NCBI RefSeq assembly: GCF_009914755.1
Contig: NC_060943.1
Strand: one strand, 5' to 3'
DNA: 64,000 nucleotides
Source of the DNA: the human T2T-CHM13v2.0 reference genome, Homo sapiens
Shown: positions 26,141-38,995 of the stretch, piece by piece
Layout of the letters: each line of letters begins with the position of its first letter
How positions within the stretch are numbered: the first letter of the stretch is position 1
Program-made: the position numbers and the translations under genes
The notes under the pieces: generated by a model
What the model was told of the DNA's origin: nothing
What the model saw: only the letters and a program-made list of their open reading frames with translations
The model's database searches: none

Positions 26141-26639
26141 TGCTGGACTGCCTTCTCCATGTCTTCTGATGACAGAAGGCTTCCAACCTTGCCGCCACAC
26201 ATGCCCTGCACACACATTCCCCTTCTACATGAGTGTGGGCCTTGCTGCATCTGTCTGGACAGACGTGATGCCCTTGACTGTGGGTTTTTGCTCCTGCAAG
26301 TCTCTTCATCCTTCACTGCATCAATATCTGTTAGACATCTTACTTCCTGTCGCCTGTTCACACTCCACCTGTAACACGGGAGCATGTCTAGACCTCTCCC
26401 TAGCATGGGTCCCACAATAACTGGTCTATTCCACCTGGTAATCAGGCAGAGCATAAGAGTCCTATAAAGCATAAAGAACTGTGACATCCTGTTTACCTCA
26501 ATAGATCAACAATTCTTGAGGTCAGGATCTATTCGGCTCAGTGTTATGTACACAGTAATTGCTCAAGAAATTAGTCTGGGGAGTAGGAAGAAAAAGCAAG
26601 CTTCAGCCCCACAGCCATCTGTCTCCTTTATTCTTGAAT

Positions 26640-26735
26640 CTCATCTGACTTGTCCACTGTGGTATCCTCAGAGCACAGGGCAGCTCTTGGTACATGGTGG
26701 ATGCTTGTCAAATGTTTGTGGAATGAAGGAAAGAA
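26640..26735 (+). mobile_element. L2 3' end
   Basis: 'cactgtggtatcctcagagcac...ttggtacatggtggatgcttgtcaaatgtttgtggaatgaa'. Confidence 0.6.
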
Positions 26736-29135
26736 GAAATCTAATTATCCAGAAAGAATACAAACAAGGTACTTGAGCCCTGTTTTTGAGTATGCAGGGT
26801 CAGGGTCCCCCCAGTCTGGGTCCAGCCTTGGTCCTGCCTCTCGTTATGGTGAGACTGACCCCTCAAAATCTCTCATTCTTCCAAAAGATGGTAACAATTG
26901 TGGCATCTGCCTGGCAGAGACAGTCGTGCTCAATAAGTAACTCATGGGTTTCCCATTGCTTCACAGCCCCTTTGCAGTTTGTCTGGGCTATCTGAAGATT
27001 TCTGGCCAATAGTTTGTAAGGGGAATTGGAACACTTCAATTCTCATCTGATACATTTAAGGAAAGATACAAGTTCTCCACACTTTGCTTCCAACTTCACA
27101 GACAAGAGATCTAAGAACTTGGAGATGGAGAGTGACAGGAAGGGACCAGCTCAATCTCTGAGTTTCTGCTGGAGAAGGATGACCAGGGAAACTACAGCAG
27201 ACTGTGATATGGTAAGAAACACAGCCAACTTGTGTCAGATTGCTGAGATTTCAAGATTTGCTTATTACTGCAGCATAACCTGTCCTATTCTGACTAATAT
27301 AATCTGTTCTCTGGAATTCTGAGGATTAAAGTAGATAATGAACATCAACTCTAGTTCAGTGTCTGACACATAGCAGTACTCAACACAATGTAGTCATTGT
27401 TACTATCATTACTATTGTTTCTACTAATATGATTATTATTATTACCACTCTTAATGTTGTTATCATTACCAATAACTGTGGAAGCCATTATTTTTCATCT
27501 TGATTTATCCCTCTCCTTGTCTCTGTCTCTCTCACACAGGTACATATGCCCATGGAGATAAACAAGGTTGCAGGATTTTGATGCCATTTCTGACCCTTAG
27601 AGCTACCTGCTTAGTGATAGACACTCACAGAAATTAAGAGCTGGGAAACAGTCAGGTATTACACGTAAAATCTCCGGAGAACTTTTTTCTGGAACCAGCT
27701 CTGAGACCCCAGCTGACAGTTCCCTCTGCTTGTTCCTTCACAAAAGCGCAGACCTGGTTTGCTGGTTAACAATTATACATTTTAAACAGTTCTGTGCTCT
27801 GGCTGCATCCTCAAATGCCTCTGAAAAATAAGCACATTTTAAAAACACAAAAAAGAATAAACAACAAGACAGTTCAGCAAGAGAAAGAAAAACATAAGCC
27901 ACTGCTTCATTACAGAGCCATGGGCAGGCCTCTCAAAGGCAGCAGCTTTTATAAATGATTTCTTGGAAAAGCTTTTATGTCTTCAAAGTGTTTCTGCTAA
28001 AAGAAGCTAAGTGTTTATCTTGTGTCTCAGGAGAGGATATAGCATAAAGTCCAGGTCACTAAAAAGAGGTATTCTGAGCTCTTATTTATGTGTCAGGCCT
28101 GGGAAGCCAGCTTCAGAAGCTGGCTCAGTGATAAATTATCCACATGGATGCTGCATCTCTAAACACCGCATCTTTCATTACATCAGGGAGTTAATAAATA
28201 TTATCTATTTTATCAATGAAGGGCAGTGCCTTTGACTCAGATAATTTTATTGTAGAAAAAGACAGAGTTTGTTGATTTTTTAAAGGTTCACTTTAAAATA
28301 TTTCTGAGATACTGAGTCATTTGTAGGGAATAAACACTAAGCCACAAAACTCAAGGCCTAGACAGATATTACACAGCAATCTTTTTGAACAAATTGGCTT
28401 TCTTTGCCTTTTCTTTTTGGCCCGTTGTCTTGGGTCTCTAGGGAACTGTGCCTATGAATAATGTCTGTCTGGATGCAATAAAGGGCCAGCTAAGTGGGAG
28501 AAAGGGTGGTGTGAGAAAATATGACAGCAGAGATTATCATGAGTTCTGATGAGATGAAGTTTAGGTTTGGGATTTTCCTGCTTGAAGATGAGCCTGGCCC
28601 TTTTGGGCTCCAAACTCCTTATTGAGGGCATCTTGCTATCTCCTGTATCTAGCACATAATTAGCCTAGAATATATCTGGTGCTCAAAAATGAATGGTTGG
28701 ATGAATAAATGAATCAATAGGGTATAGCCACTTCTCACTTTTTATCAAAGAATCCCCTGGGAATTCACCCATAAAGCATGCTATTATAAAGCTAATTGCA
28801 TTTCCCCACAAAAACAATGCCTTTATTGGAGGTTTGTTCTAGACCAAGAGCTCAACATCTAATAAATCAGAGCTATGACAAAACTGTCTTAAGCACAACT
28901 TTGTAATAGATGAAAATCTCTTTAGTTGTGTGCCCAAGCCCCATGAAACTACACTGCTTATCTTGAGTATGCAAAGGGACCCATCTGTGACTCTCTACAT
29001 GTTCAGCTATTCTGCATTACAAATGTAATTGATACGTAAACCCTGATAAAAAATTAACACATACAGAATCATAACATTGTTGTCCTCTGAGTGGATAGAA
29101 AGGTTTGAGAAGTGAATTTGGATGACAAGTATTTA

Positions 29136-30120
<985 letters not shown>

Positions 30121-30726
30121 AAAAAAAAAAAAAAAGACTCCATCCTGTGCAAGCCGGGTCTTCATTGGGAGAGCTTCTCAATTGGAAATCCTTAAGATGT
30201 CAATGGTTACCCAACCCCTTGTCAGGTGTGAGCCGGCCTGGTTTCTATGCCAATTGCTGTGGCTCATAAGAGGCTTATTCCAAGATTCTCAAGCTCATCC
30301 TCCAGTTAAGCCCTCTTAACATCAGGTTCTTGAAAAAGGAGGAAAGGCCTGCCTACTGAGCGCATGGGTGTAAAGGAAAAGAAAAAAAACGGCATCACTC
30401 ACACAGCCCTCATTTTCCACCACCACCACCCTGGCCCCAGGATGGAAGACTTTTGCTTGGGGCTTCATTTGCCTTGGGATGGGTGTGGCTTACAGAAGAT
30501 TCCTTCTGGACTATGGCTTAGATTCTCAGATCACTATAATTTACCTCTCATGAAGAGGCAGAGAAAAAATCTCAGTTGAGTCTGTTTTGGAATGTCTTTC
30601 TAAGTGGAAAAGAATTTAAGCTTCATGAATGAGGGGCCGTTAGCCTTAACCACCATCACTTATGAAAGTGCCTTTACTGTGTTCAGTACTCACACCTTTA
30701 GCAAACTTCCCTGCCCATATGCACAT

Positions 30727-31136
30727 GGATATAGCATGGATGTGTCCCCTCTAAATTTCATGTCAAATTGTAATCCCCATTGTTGGAGGTGGGGTCTGGT
30801 GGGAGGTGGTTGGATCATGGAGGTGGTTTCATCATGAATGGTTTAGCACCATTCCCTTGGTGCTGTTCTCTTGATAGTGAGTTCTTGTGAGATCTGATTG
30901 TTTAAAAGTGTGTGGCACCTTCCCTCTCTCTTTCTCCTGCTGCTGCCAGCTGAGAAGCCTGCTGCCCTTTCACCTTCCATCATAATTGGAAGATTCCTGA
31001 GGCCTCCTCAGCAGCAGATGCCTGTGTTATGCTTCCTGTACAGCCTGTAGAACTGTGAGCCAATTAAACTTCTTTTCTTTATAAATCATCCCGTCTCAGA
31101 TATTTCTTTATAGCAAGGCAAGAATGGCCTAATACA
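30727..31136 (+). mobile_element. MaLR solo LTR, MSTA-like
   Basis: 'aaattgtaatccccattgttggaggtgggg...gaatggtttagcacca...agccaattaaac...ggcctaataca'; 5-bp TSD cacat/cacac. Confidence 0.9.
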
Positions 31137-32867
31137 CACACTGCTGTCTATAAGAGCTGAGACAATTTATTTTCATTCCCAAAGTCCAAGGGAGATGGGG
31201 CAGTAATCACTCTGACTTGGTTTCTCCTAATGTCCACTAAGGAGGAGGAATCTGACTCTGGTAGCTCTCCATTATATCATTTTTAGGAAGAAGAGTAAGA
31301 TTAAGAAGTCAAAACATTATTCTGGCTGGGTTGCATTGAATCGAGCCAAGCTGTATTTGATTCATGTTATGAATCAAAAAAATTCTGATGATCTGAATGC
31401 AGATTATGTCAATATCACTACTTCTGTCTTTATTGCTAAAGGGGAAGAAGATTTGCAAAGCACAGCCTCAACTCAAACAGTGACATCTGCTTAATCTTTT
31501 CCTTCTCAACCCCTGAGTTTAAATCTTCACCAACATAGCTTTGAAAAAAATGTCACTTACAGTGATAAATCCCTTAACATTGACTTTAGAAGAAAGCTTG
31601 TATAGCTTTCTCTCTTAAAATAACTTTTAAAAATAACTTTTCTGCAATTAAAGATAAAGATAAGTTCAAAAAGATGTTTATGAAGCGAAAGTAGTGAAAA
31701 TCATCTACTCTGATCTCATTTTCTGTGACTCAAACCAGAAAGTCTAAATTCAACATGCCAAGTTAATCATTTGTTGTTAGGTCATGGCCTTCAGTAAAAA
31801 CCTTCAAGCCACCAAGAGAGACTGCAGCTGTCATTCAAGAATGAGCCACCTCAAGAGGGGTCATAAAGGTCCACTTGACCTGTCTCAACCAGAGAACAAG
31901 TGGGGCCAGGAAAATCTACTCTGTAAATCTCAGAAGCCTCTAAACACAGATGTGACAGCATCTTCGCAGGCCCTGCAGGTGAATTCTTGGCCTGGCTTTA
32001 GAAGGAAGTATGATGTAAATACACTTGCAAAAGACAGCAGTGTGAGTCTTCCTTGAGCAGAAAGAGATCCGGAGGGAGGCACAGGAGGGAGGCTGCTTGA
32101 TTATGGTGTTTGTGGGTGGGCTGGCCACGGCACTTCCCTGCCTATTCTGCAGTTGCTCTGCTTACGTGTCTTAAAGAGTTTATTTCCACACCATCTAGAG
32201 GAAGATTTAGAGGACAAATGAAATCATGATATGGGTGAGATAAGGTTATGAGTGTTGTTCACTAACAAATCTATTCAACTTTACAGGCCTGAGGCTGACA
32301 GTTCAGCTGCAAACACTCACTGGGAGTGGATGGCATGTGGGGAAAATAAAGAGAGATCAGATTGTTACTGTGTCTGTGTAGAAAGAAGTAGACATAGGAG
32401 ACTCCATTTTGTTCTGTACTAAGAAAAATTCTTCTGCCTTGAGATTCTGTTAATCTATGACCTTACCCCCAACCCCGTGCTCTCTGAAACATGTGCTGTG
32501 TCCACTCAGGGTTAAATGGATTAAGGGCTGTGCAAGATGTGCTTTGTTAAACAGATGCTTGAAGGCAGCATGCTCCTTAAGAGTCATCACCACTCCCTAA
32601 TCTCAAGTACCCAGGGACACAAACACTGCAGAAGGCCGCAGGGACCTCTGCCTAGGAAAGCCAGGTATTGTCCGAGGTTTCTCCCCATGTGATAGCCTGA
32701 AATATGGCCTCACGGGAAGGGAAAGACCTGACCATCCCCCAGCCCGACACCCGTAAATGGTCTGTGCTGAGGAGGATTAGTATAAGAGGAGGGCATGCCT
32801 TTTCCGCAGTTGAGACAAGAGGAAGGCATTTGTCTCCTGCCTGTCCCTGGGCAATGGAATGTCTCAG

Positions 32868-32874
32868 TATAAAA
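32868..32874 (+). promoter_or_regulatory. TATA-like box of LTR5
   Basis: TATAAAA at the expected U3 position. Confidence 0.65.
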
Positions 32875-33128
32875 CCCAATTGTATGTTCCATCTACTGAG
32901 ATAGGGGAAAACCGCCTTAGGGCTGGAGGTGGGACAGGCGGGCAGCAATACTGCTCTGTAAGGCATTGAGATATTTATGTGTATGCATATCTAAAGCACA
33001 GCACTTAATTCTTTACCTTGTGTGTGCTGCAGAGACCTTTGTTCACCTGTTTATCTGCTGACCTCCTCTCCACTATTATCCTATGACCCTGACACATCCC
33101 CCTCTCCGAGAAACACCCAAGAATGATC

Positions 33129-33134
33129 AATAAA
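33129..33134 (+). terminator. LTR5 polyadenylation signal
   Basis: AATAAA in 'gatcaataaatact'. Confidence 0.75.
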
Positions 33135-33559
33135 TACTAAGGAAACTCAGAGGCCGGCGGGATCCTCCGTATGCTGAACGCTGGTCCCCTGGGTCCCCTT
33201 ATTTCTTTCTCTATACTTTGTCTCTGTGTCTTTTTCTTTTCCAAGTCTCTCGTTCCACCTAACAAGAAACACCCACAGGTGTGGAGGGGCAACCCACCCC
33301 TTCAATGGCACCCATTGCTTTACCAGCCATTTCCTCAGCGAGTGAGCAAATACACACTTCAGGTGAGACAGTCCTTCTCTCACTGTGTCAGTGCCTGTGT
33401 TTTTGGCCAAAGGTAATGGCTTCAACCTAAAGTGGCTCAGATAGGGGGATTTAATTCCTCACATACAGAAACCCGGGATAGTTGATTCCAGGGTGGCTCA
33501 ACTCTCATCAGTCTGTGGCTCCATCACGTCATTATGGTCAAGAGCCATTTTCTGTAATA

Positions 33560-33745
33560 AGATTGTTTGAGTTCGGGAGCCAGGCCTGCCCCTGAGCTTC
33601 TTTCTGTCTCAGTTTCTCCTTTTGTAAAATAGGGTAACAATGGTATGTTAACATTGTAAGGATTAAATGAGTAAATTTGTGTAAATAATGTAGAAAAGTG
33701 CTGGTTCTATAGTAAGTGCTCTGTGAGTAGTAGCTAATAATGTTA
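33560..33745 (+). mobile_element. MIR
   Basis: 'tctgtctcagtttctccttttgtaaaataggg...ttgtaaggattaaatgag...tagtaagtgctc'. Confidence 0.8.
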
Positions 33746-33954
33746 CCAATAAATGTCAGCAGCCTGTCCTACTCTGATATCCTCAGCTCTGGCATTTCAC
33801 CAGGGTGGAATTCTTCTTCCTGCTCTGACATTCCAACCATATAGAATTCTTATGTGATCCCTTGGATGAATACAGTGTCATGTGTAGATGCGGCACACCC
33901 CACAGAGAAGGAACATCCTTCCTTTTAGTTATGAAAGCCTTTCCTCAAAGTTCC

Positions 33955-34227
33955 CTAGCTTCTCAAACTATCTGAGATGAAGAATTAGTTTGTTTTTATT
34001 TTCAATCCATTATGAATCAATATTTTTGTAAACTACAATACAAATCAACAAATTAATGAAGGAAAATATATACAAATCCAAGCTTCAATTATTTATTATT
34101 ATTAGATTTAGCAAGCATAAAATTAGTCCATTAAATTACTATAAACATTTTTAGATGCAAAAATGGCAATCTAAGTCCATGAAGTGGCACCATATTTTGT
34201 GTGACTCTGTTTAAGCAGTTATCACTG
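33955..34227. mobile_element. hAT-Charlie-type non-autonomous DNA transposon relic
   Basis: Terminus-like 'gcttctcaaactatctg' and distal '...tatcactg'. Confidence 0.5.
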
Positions 34228-34341
34228 GAGTGTACCCAAGGGCCAATGCTGGGTCACATGGCTAGGCTAACACAATCTCTGGAAGAAGAAGAAGACCATC
34301 GTGACTGGGCCAGCAAAGCCTCTGCTCCATTGGTTCCATTC

Positions 34342-34384
<43 letters not shown>

Positions 34385-34387
34385 ACA
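34342..34387. repeat. (CA)n microsatellite
   Basis: Directly visible. Confidence 0.95.
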
Positions 34388-34437
34388 GTGCCTACTGCGG
34401 GCAAACAGCTGGCCAGGCAGCCTGGGAGGTGTCCCAT

Positions 34438-34482
34438 GTGGAATGCTATAAGGTGGAATGCTATAAGGTGGCATGCTATAAG
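34438..34482. repeat. 3 x 15-bp tandem repeat GTGG(A/C)ATGCTATAAG
   Basis: Units at 34438, 34453 and 34468. Confidence 0.95.
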
Positions 34483-34764
34483 ACAATAGGCACAAAATAA
34501 TATTTTGACAAGGGTCCCAGAAACGGCTTTGTACAGCAGGGAGGGTTCAAGCTGACTCTTGGCTAATGGTGTGTGCTGCTTCAACACAGTGACATGTGAT
34601 GGGAGAAGATACTCCAGGCAGCAGAAACAATGAGCTGCAGCTGAGGGGAAAGAAAGTTGTTCAAGGTACAGGGAGTAAAACCAAAAGGCCGTCATGCCAA
34701 AATACTTATTGTAGAGAAAAAAATAATGTGGCAGACCATCTTCTCACTACTTAGTGTGGGATTT

Positions 34765-35347
34765 GGAATGGGCAAAATAGTGGACCTCCAAAGATGTCCA
34801 CACCCTAATCCCTGAACCTGTGACTATGTCACCTGCCTTGAGAAAAGGAAGTCTGCAGATGTGATGAGCGTTCTGGACCCTGAGGTGGGGGGTACCCTGA
34901 ATTACCCAGGGGGGCCTTGTGTGTGGACGTGGGAGGCAGAAGCGTGGGCCAGAGAGAAGCCATGACAAGAAGAAGAGGCAAGAGCGATGGTGGCGTGTGA
35001 AGGGTGTGACACCCCATGTGGATTCGGAGACACAGGGGACTTATGTGCAAGAACCAGGAGGAAATGCTGGGAGGTAAAGATGATTGCCAACTGCTGGCCA
35101 CACGGAAACACTGCCCTCAGCAGTGCCACTTCAGGGGCTGAATTTTGCCAACACCTGAATCCGCAAGAACATGTCTTCTCCCCTAGAGTTTAGTGAAAGG
35201 ACACAGCCCTTTGAACCTTTTGATTTTAGCCTGGTGAGGTCCATACCAGACTTTTGAGCCACAAAACTCTAAAATAATATATTTGCATTGTTTGTAAGGA
35301 ACAACATTTGTAGTAATTTGTTGTCACAACAACATGAAACTAATATA
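34765..35347 (+). mobile_element. MaLR LTR, MLT1D/E-like
   Basis: 'ccaaagatgtccacaccctaatccctgaacctgtgactatgt...tagtaatttgttg...aaactaatata'. Confidence 0.8.
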
Positions 35348-35599
35348 AAATTCATCTGTAATTTCTCTTTTTTAATGTGGTGTTCTGGACCCGACCTTCA
35401 GAGGTTCTGGCTTGTCAACTGGGGCTAGTTGTTTTAACAAGCTTTCCAAGTGTTTTTGTCTCATTCCCTTTCTTAGAGTTGGAGAACACAGAGGCCCAAG
35501 CTCTCATGGGGAATCAGCATCAGACAAGAAGCTGGCCTCCAGCTCTCCAGATGCCCAAGCCTGGGCTTTCCATCAAGAAGTGTAAAGAAGAAGCTCTGT

Positions 35600-35818
35600 A
35601 AAGTGGAGATGGCTTTGGAGTAAGATTAACCAGGTTTAACACCTAATCTTGTTACTTATTGCTGTGTGCCCTTGAATAACTTACTTAGCCTTTCTGGGCC
35701 CCAGCCTCCTCATCTTATAGTCAGTGATATAAACACCTACCTCTCAGGTTTAAATGATCTCATTGTGCAAACCATTCACGCAGTACCTACCACGTAGTAA
35801 ATGCTAAAGCTATTATTA
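35600..35818 (+). mobile_element. MIR
   Basis: 'ggctttggagtaag...gctgtgtgcccttgaataacttacttagcctttctgggccccagcctcctcatct'. Confidence 0.75.
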
Positions 35819-36078
35819 GATATGTCCTGCATTTTACCAGGCAAGAAAATAGGAGCCACATAACTTCAAAATCTCTCCATACATTGTTGATGGCTGCATC
35901 TGTGTCCTCCCAACACAGTGCTCCTCAGTCAGGAAGAACAAGTGAATTCATTTGTTCATTAAATATAGTACAATAATATTGACTCCACCCAGAAATGTTC
36001 ATTCTATTGTGTGCCAGGCACAGTAGATATGAGAAAGACCTGTCACTGCCTTCCAGAGGAGCTCCCAGTCCAGGGGAA

Positions 36079-36415
36079 AGTGTTTCTCAAAGTGTGAGAC
36101 ATTAGAACCCCTGCCCTGGGTAAGATAAGAGGGAATTGTAGGTGACTCACAGACACAGTATAAAGTCACATCACTGCAGAGTGAAAAGTTACTGCATGTT
36201 CAGTCACCTTCCATGCTTCTGATTACATTTAGGAAAAGGTCTGAGTTTGGTGCCAGCCTGTCTGTCGCCTTTCTATCACTGGCTGATCTCAGATATAGAG
36301 CAGGTCTCATGCCTGCTTTGACAGGCGACAGAGTTCTGCTGGAACTGAAGAATGTTGTCCAGTCACCGCTTTGGCAACTGTTATTGGTGTCTCATCTACA
36401 GAGGAGATGCTAAGC
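36079..36415. mobile_element. Probable hAT-Charlie DNA transposon relic
   Basis: Begins 'agtgtttctcaaagtgtg', resembling a Charlie TIR. Confidence 0.4.
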
Positions 36416-36424
36416 TTCCTTGTA

Positions 36425-36847
36425 AATTTTATTGATTTATTTTCTATTTCTGATTCGGGTGGTTGGTACATGGGCAGGTTTGTGGCATGGGTGTATTTTG
36501 TGATGTTGAGGTTCGGGTTTCTAATGGTACCATTGCCCAGGTAGTGAATACAGTACCTCGTAGGCAGTTTTTCAGCCCTTACCCTTCCTCCTTCCTCCCC
36601 ACGTTCAGAGTTCCTAGTATCTATTGTTTCCTTCTTTGTGTCCCAACTTTTACCTCCCAACTTATGAATGAGAACATGTGGCATTCGCTTTTCTATTCCT
36701 GTGTTAATTTACTCAGGATAATGGCCTCCAGCTGTTTCTGTGTTGCTGGAAAAAAAAAAAAAAACACCCATAAGTTCATTCTTTTCTATGGCTGTGTAGT
36801 ACTCCATAGTACATATGTACCACATTTTCTTTTATGATAGAAAGCAT

Positions 36848-36878
<31 letters not shown>

Positions 36879-37428
36879 TTTTACTTTAAGTTCTGGGATA
36901 CATGTGCTGAATCTGCAGGTTTGTTACATAGGTATAAATGTGCCATGGTGGTTTGCTGCACCTATCAACCCATCGTCTAGGTTTTAAGCCCTGCATGCAT
37001 TAGGGATTTGTCCTAATGCTCTCCATCTCCTTGCCCCCCACCCCTCAATAGGCCCCTGTATGTGATGTCCCCTCCCTGTGTCCATGTGTTCTCATTGTTT
37101 AACTCTCACTTATGAGTGAGAACATGTGGTGTTTGATTTTCTGTTCCTGTGTTAGCTTGCTGAGAATGATGGTTTCCAGCTTCATCCATGTCCCTGCAAA
37201 GGACATGAACTCATTCTTTTTTATGGCTGCATAATATTCCATGGTGTATATGTGCCACATTTTCTTCATCCAGTCTATCATTGATGGACATTTGGGTTGG
37301 TTCCAAGTCTTTGCTATTTTAAATAGAGCTGCAATAATCATACGTGTATGTACCACATTTTCTCTATCCTATTCACCATTGTTGAGCACCTGGGCTGATT
37401 CTATGTCTTTGCTATTGTGAATAGTGTC
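36425..37428 (-). mobile_element. L1PA16/17-like 3' fragment (host of nested L1)
   Basis: 'ccattgcccaggtagtgaatacagtacc...taggcagtttttcagccct'; resumes after 37363. Confidence 0.85.
36831..37346 (-). mobile_element. L1PA7/8-like 3' fragment nested in older L1
   Basis: 'ctttaagttctgggatacatgtgc...ctaggttttaagccctgcatgcattagg'; 17-bp TSD tatgtaccacattttct (36814-36830, 37347-37363). Confidence 0.92.
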
Positions 37429-38639
37429 CTTGCAAATGTTAAAGGTGACCGAACTTAAGGAAAATCATTAAGACAGTAATAGTATGAATAAAACACAGAC
37501 ACAGGAAAAATCATGAAAGTAAGACACACAAGATGTTTGGACAACCCTGTAATAGTAAATAAAGACATGTAAACATTTGCAAGGTTGAGCAATGAGAGCT
37601 AAGTATATGCTAGGCAAAGGGAGTGCAGAGATGGGATGATCAAATTTGGCTGAGTAGGGAAACATCTTGCAAAGAAAGGAGATGCTTGAGTTTCAATAAT
37701 ACATACAGATGAGTGTTTCAGGGAGTGGTGAGTAGGGAGGGAGGAACTCCTGTCAGAAAGAACAGTGTGTTCAGAGGCACAGCTGTGCCACCCAGCACTA
37801 TGTTCAGGAAACTGCTGTGAACTAAATGCTTCTCATAGAAGAGTTCTACTTTGTGCACACAGTCACCACACTTGCTGGGAAAATCCTATGTGTGTGTTTG
37901 TGCCACTTGGAATGCAACAATTAGTGTTTAAAACCTCATAGAACATATGAGTGTCTTTCTGCTCTATGGTTTGGTGAGCAAAACTTCACATCAAGCATCC
38001 ATTCCTCCTTCGACTGGAAAACTGGATGTTTTTGGCCTCAGAACTTTGCATTAGCTTTCTTCATTGTCTTAAACCTATTTTTAAACTGAAATACACCCAT
38101 AAACTGGCCGAGAAAAGACAAAGCTGTATTTGTTACCGAATAGCATTTCGGAAGGAAAACTTGTCAGAGTCCTTCATGATCACTCACACAGTTTTGTTCT
38201 TTCCAAAGCAGGGGCGTAAGAAGCCAGGCCCAGGTGCATCCTTAAATGTTACCCTCCACTGCCTAATGCCCCACATGCCAGCAGGCGGGATTCTCCACTA
38301 CAACCTGTCAGAGGATGCCTTGCTCATCTAAATAGAATGCCAGGCTCCTTCGTAATTAAGAGCAGCCTCTATATGTATTGTCCCACTGAAGAATATTAAG
38401 GACAAAATAGTTAGCTGTCTGTTGAAATCCATTATCAGAATGTTAACTGAAAACATTGCAGTTAAAAACTTGGATGATGGATAACAAGAGAGAAAGAAGA
38501 AAAGAAAAAACAGAAGGAGGCTTATGTATTTGAACTTCAGAGCAAGCCCTAAAGACCCCAAGGCTATGATGAGATCATTTCCTCCAGAGATGTTGTCCCC
38601 TCTGCTTGGAGCTGGCCTCTGTTGGTTGAGTTAATGGCT

Positions 38640-38995
38640 TTTTGTTTTGGTTTGTTTTTTTTTGTTTTGTTTTGTTTTGTTTTTGTTTGTGTGTGTGTGT
38701 GTGTGTGTGTATGTTTTCTTTTTGAGACAGGGTCTTGCTTTGTCACCCAGGCTAGAGTGCAGTAGCGTGATAATGGCTCACTGCAGGCTCAGCCTCCCAG
38801 GCTCAAGCAATCCTCCCACTTCAGGCCCTCAAAGTAGCTGGGTCTACAAGCATGTGCCATTTTTTAAGTTTTTGTAGAAATGGTGTCTCACTATGTTGCC
38901 CTGGCCGGTCTTGAACTCCTGGCCTCAAGCAATCCTTCTGCCTTGGCTTAATCCCAAAGTGCTGGGATTCCAGGCATGAACCACCACACCCAGCC
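38640..38995 (-). mobile_element. AluJ with (GTTTT)n/(GT)n-converted tail
   Basis: 'gagacagggtcttgctttgtcacccagg...ggctcaagcaatcctccc'; small internal deletion. Confidence 0.9.

Larger units (their letters stand above)
32336..33304 (+). mobile_element. HERV-K(HML-2) solo LTR (LTR5, LTR5_Hs-like), 969 bp
   Basis: Starts 'tgtggggaaaataaagagagatcagattgttactgtg', ends 'ggggcaacccaccccttca'; perfect 6-bp TSD atggca (32330-32335, 33305-33310). Confidence 0.97.

Noticed and set aside
34438-34482. CRISPR-like array
   Set aside because: Head-to-tail 15-mers without spacers, in eukaryotic DNA with no cas genes
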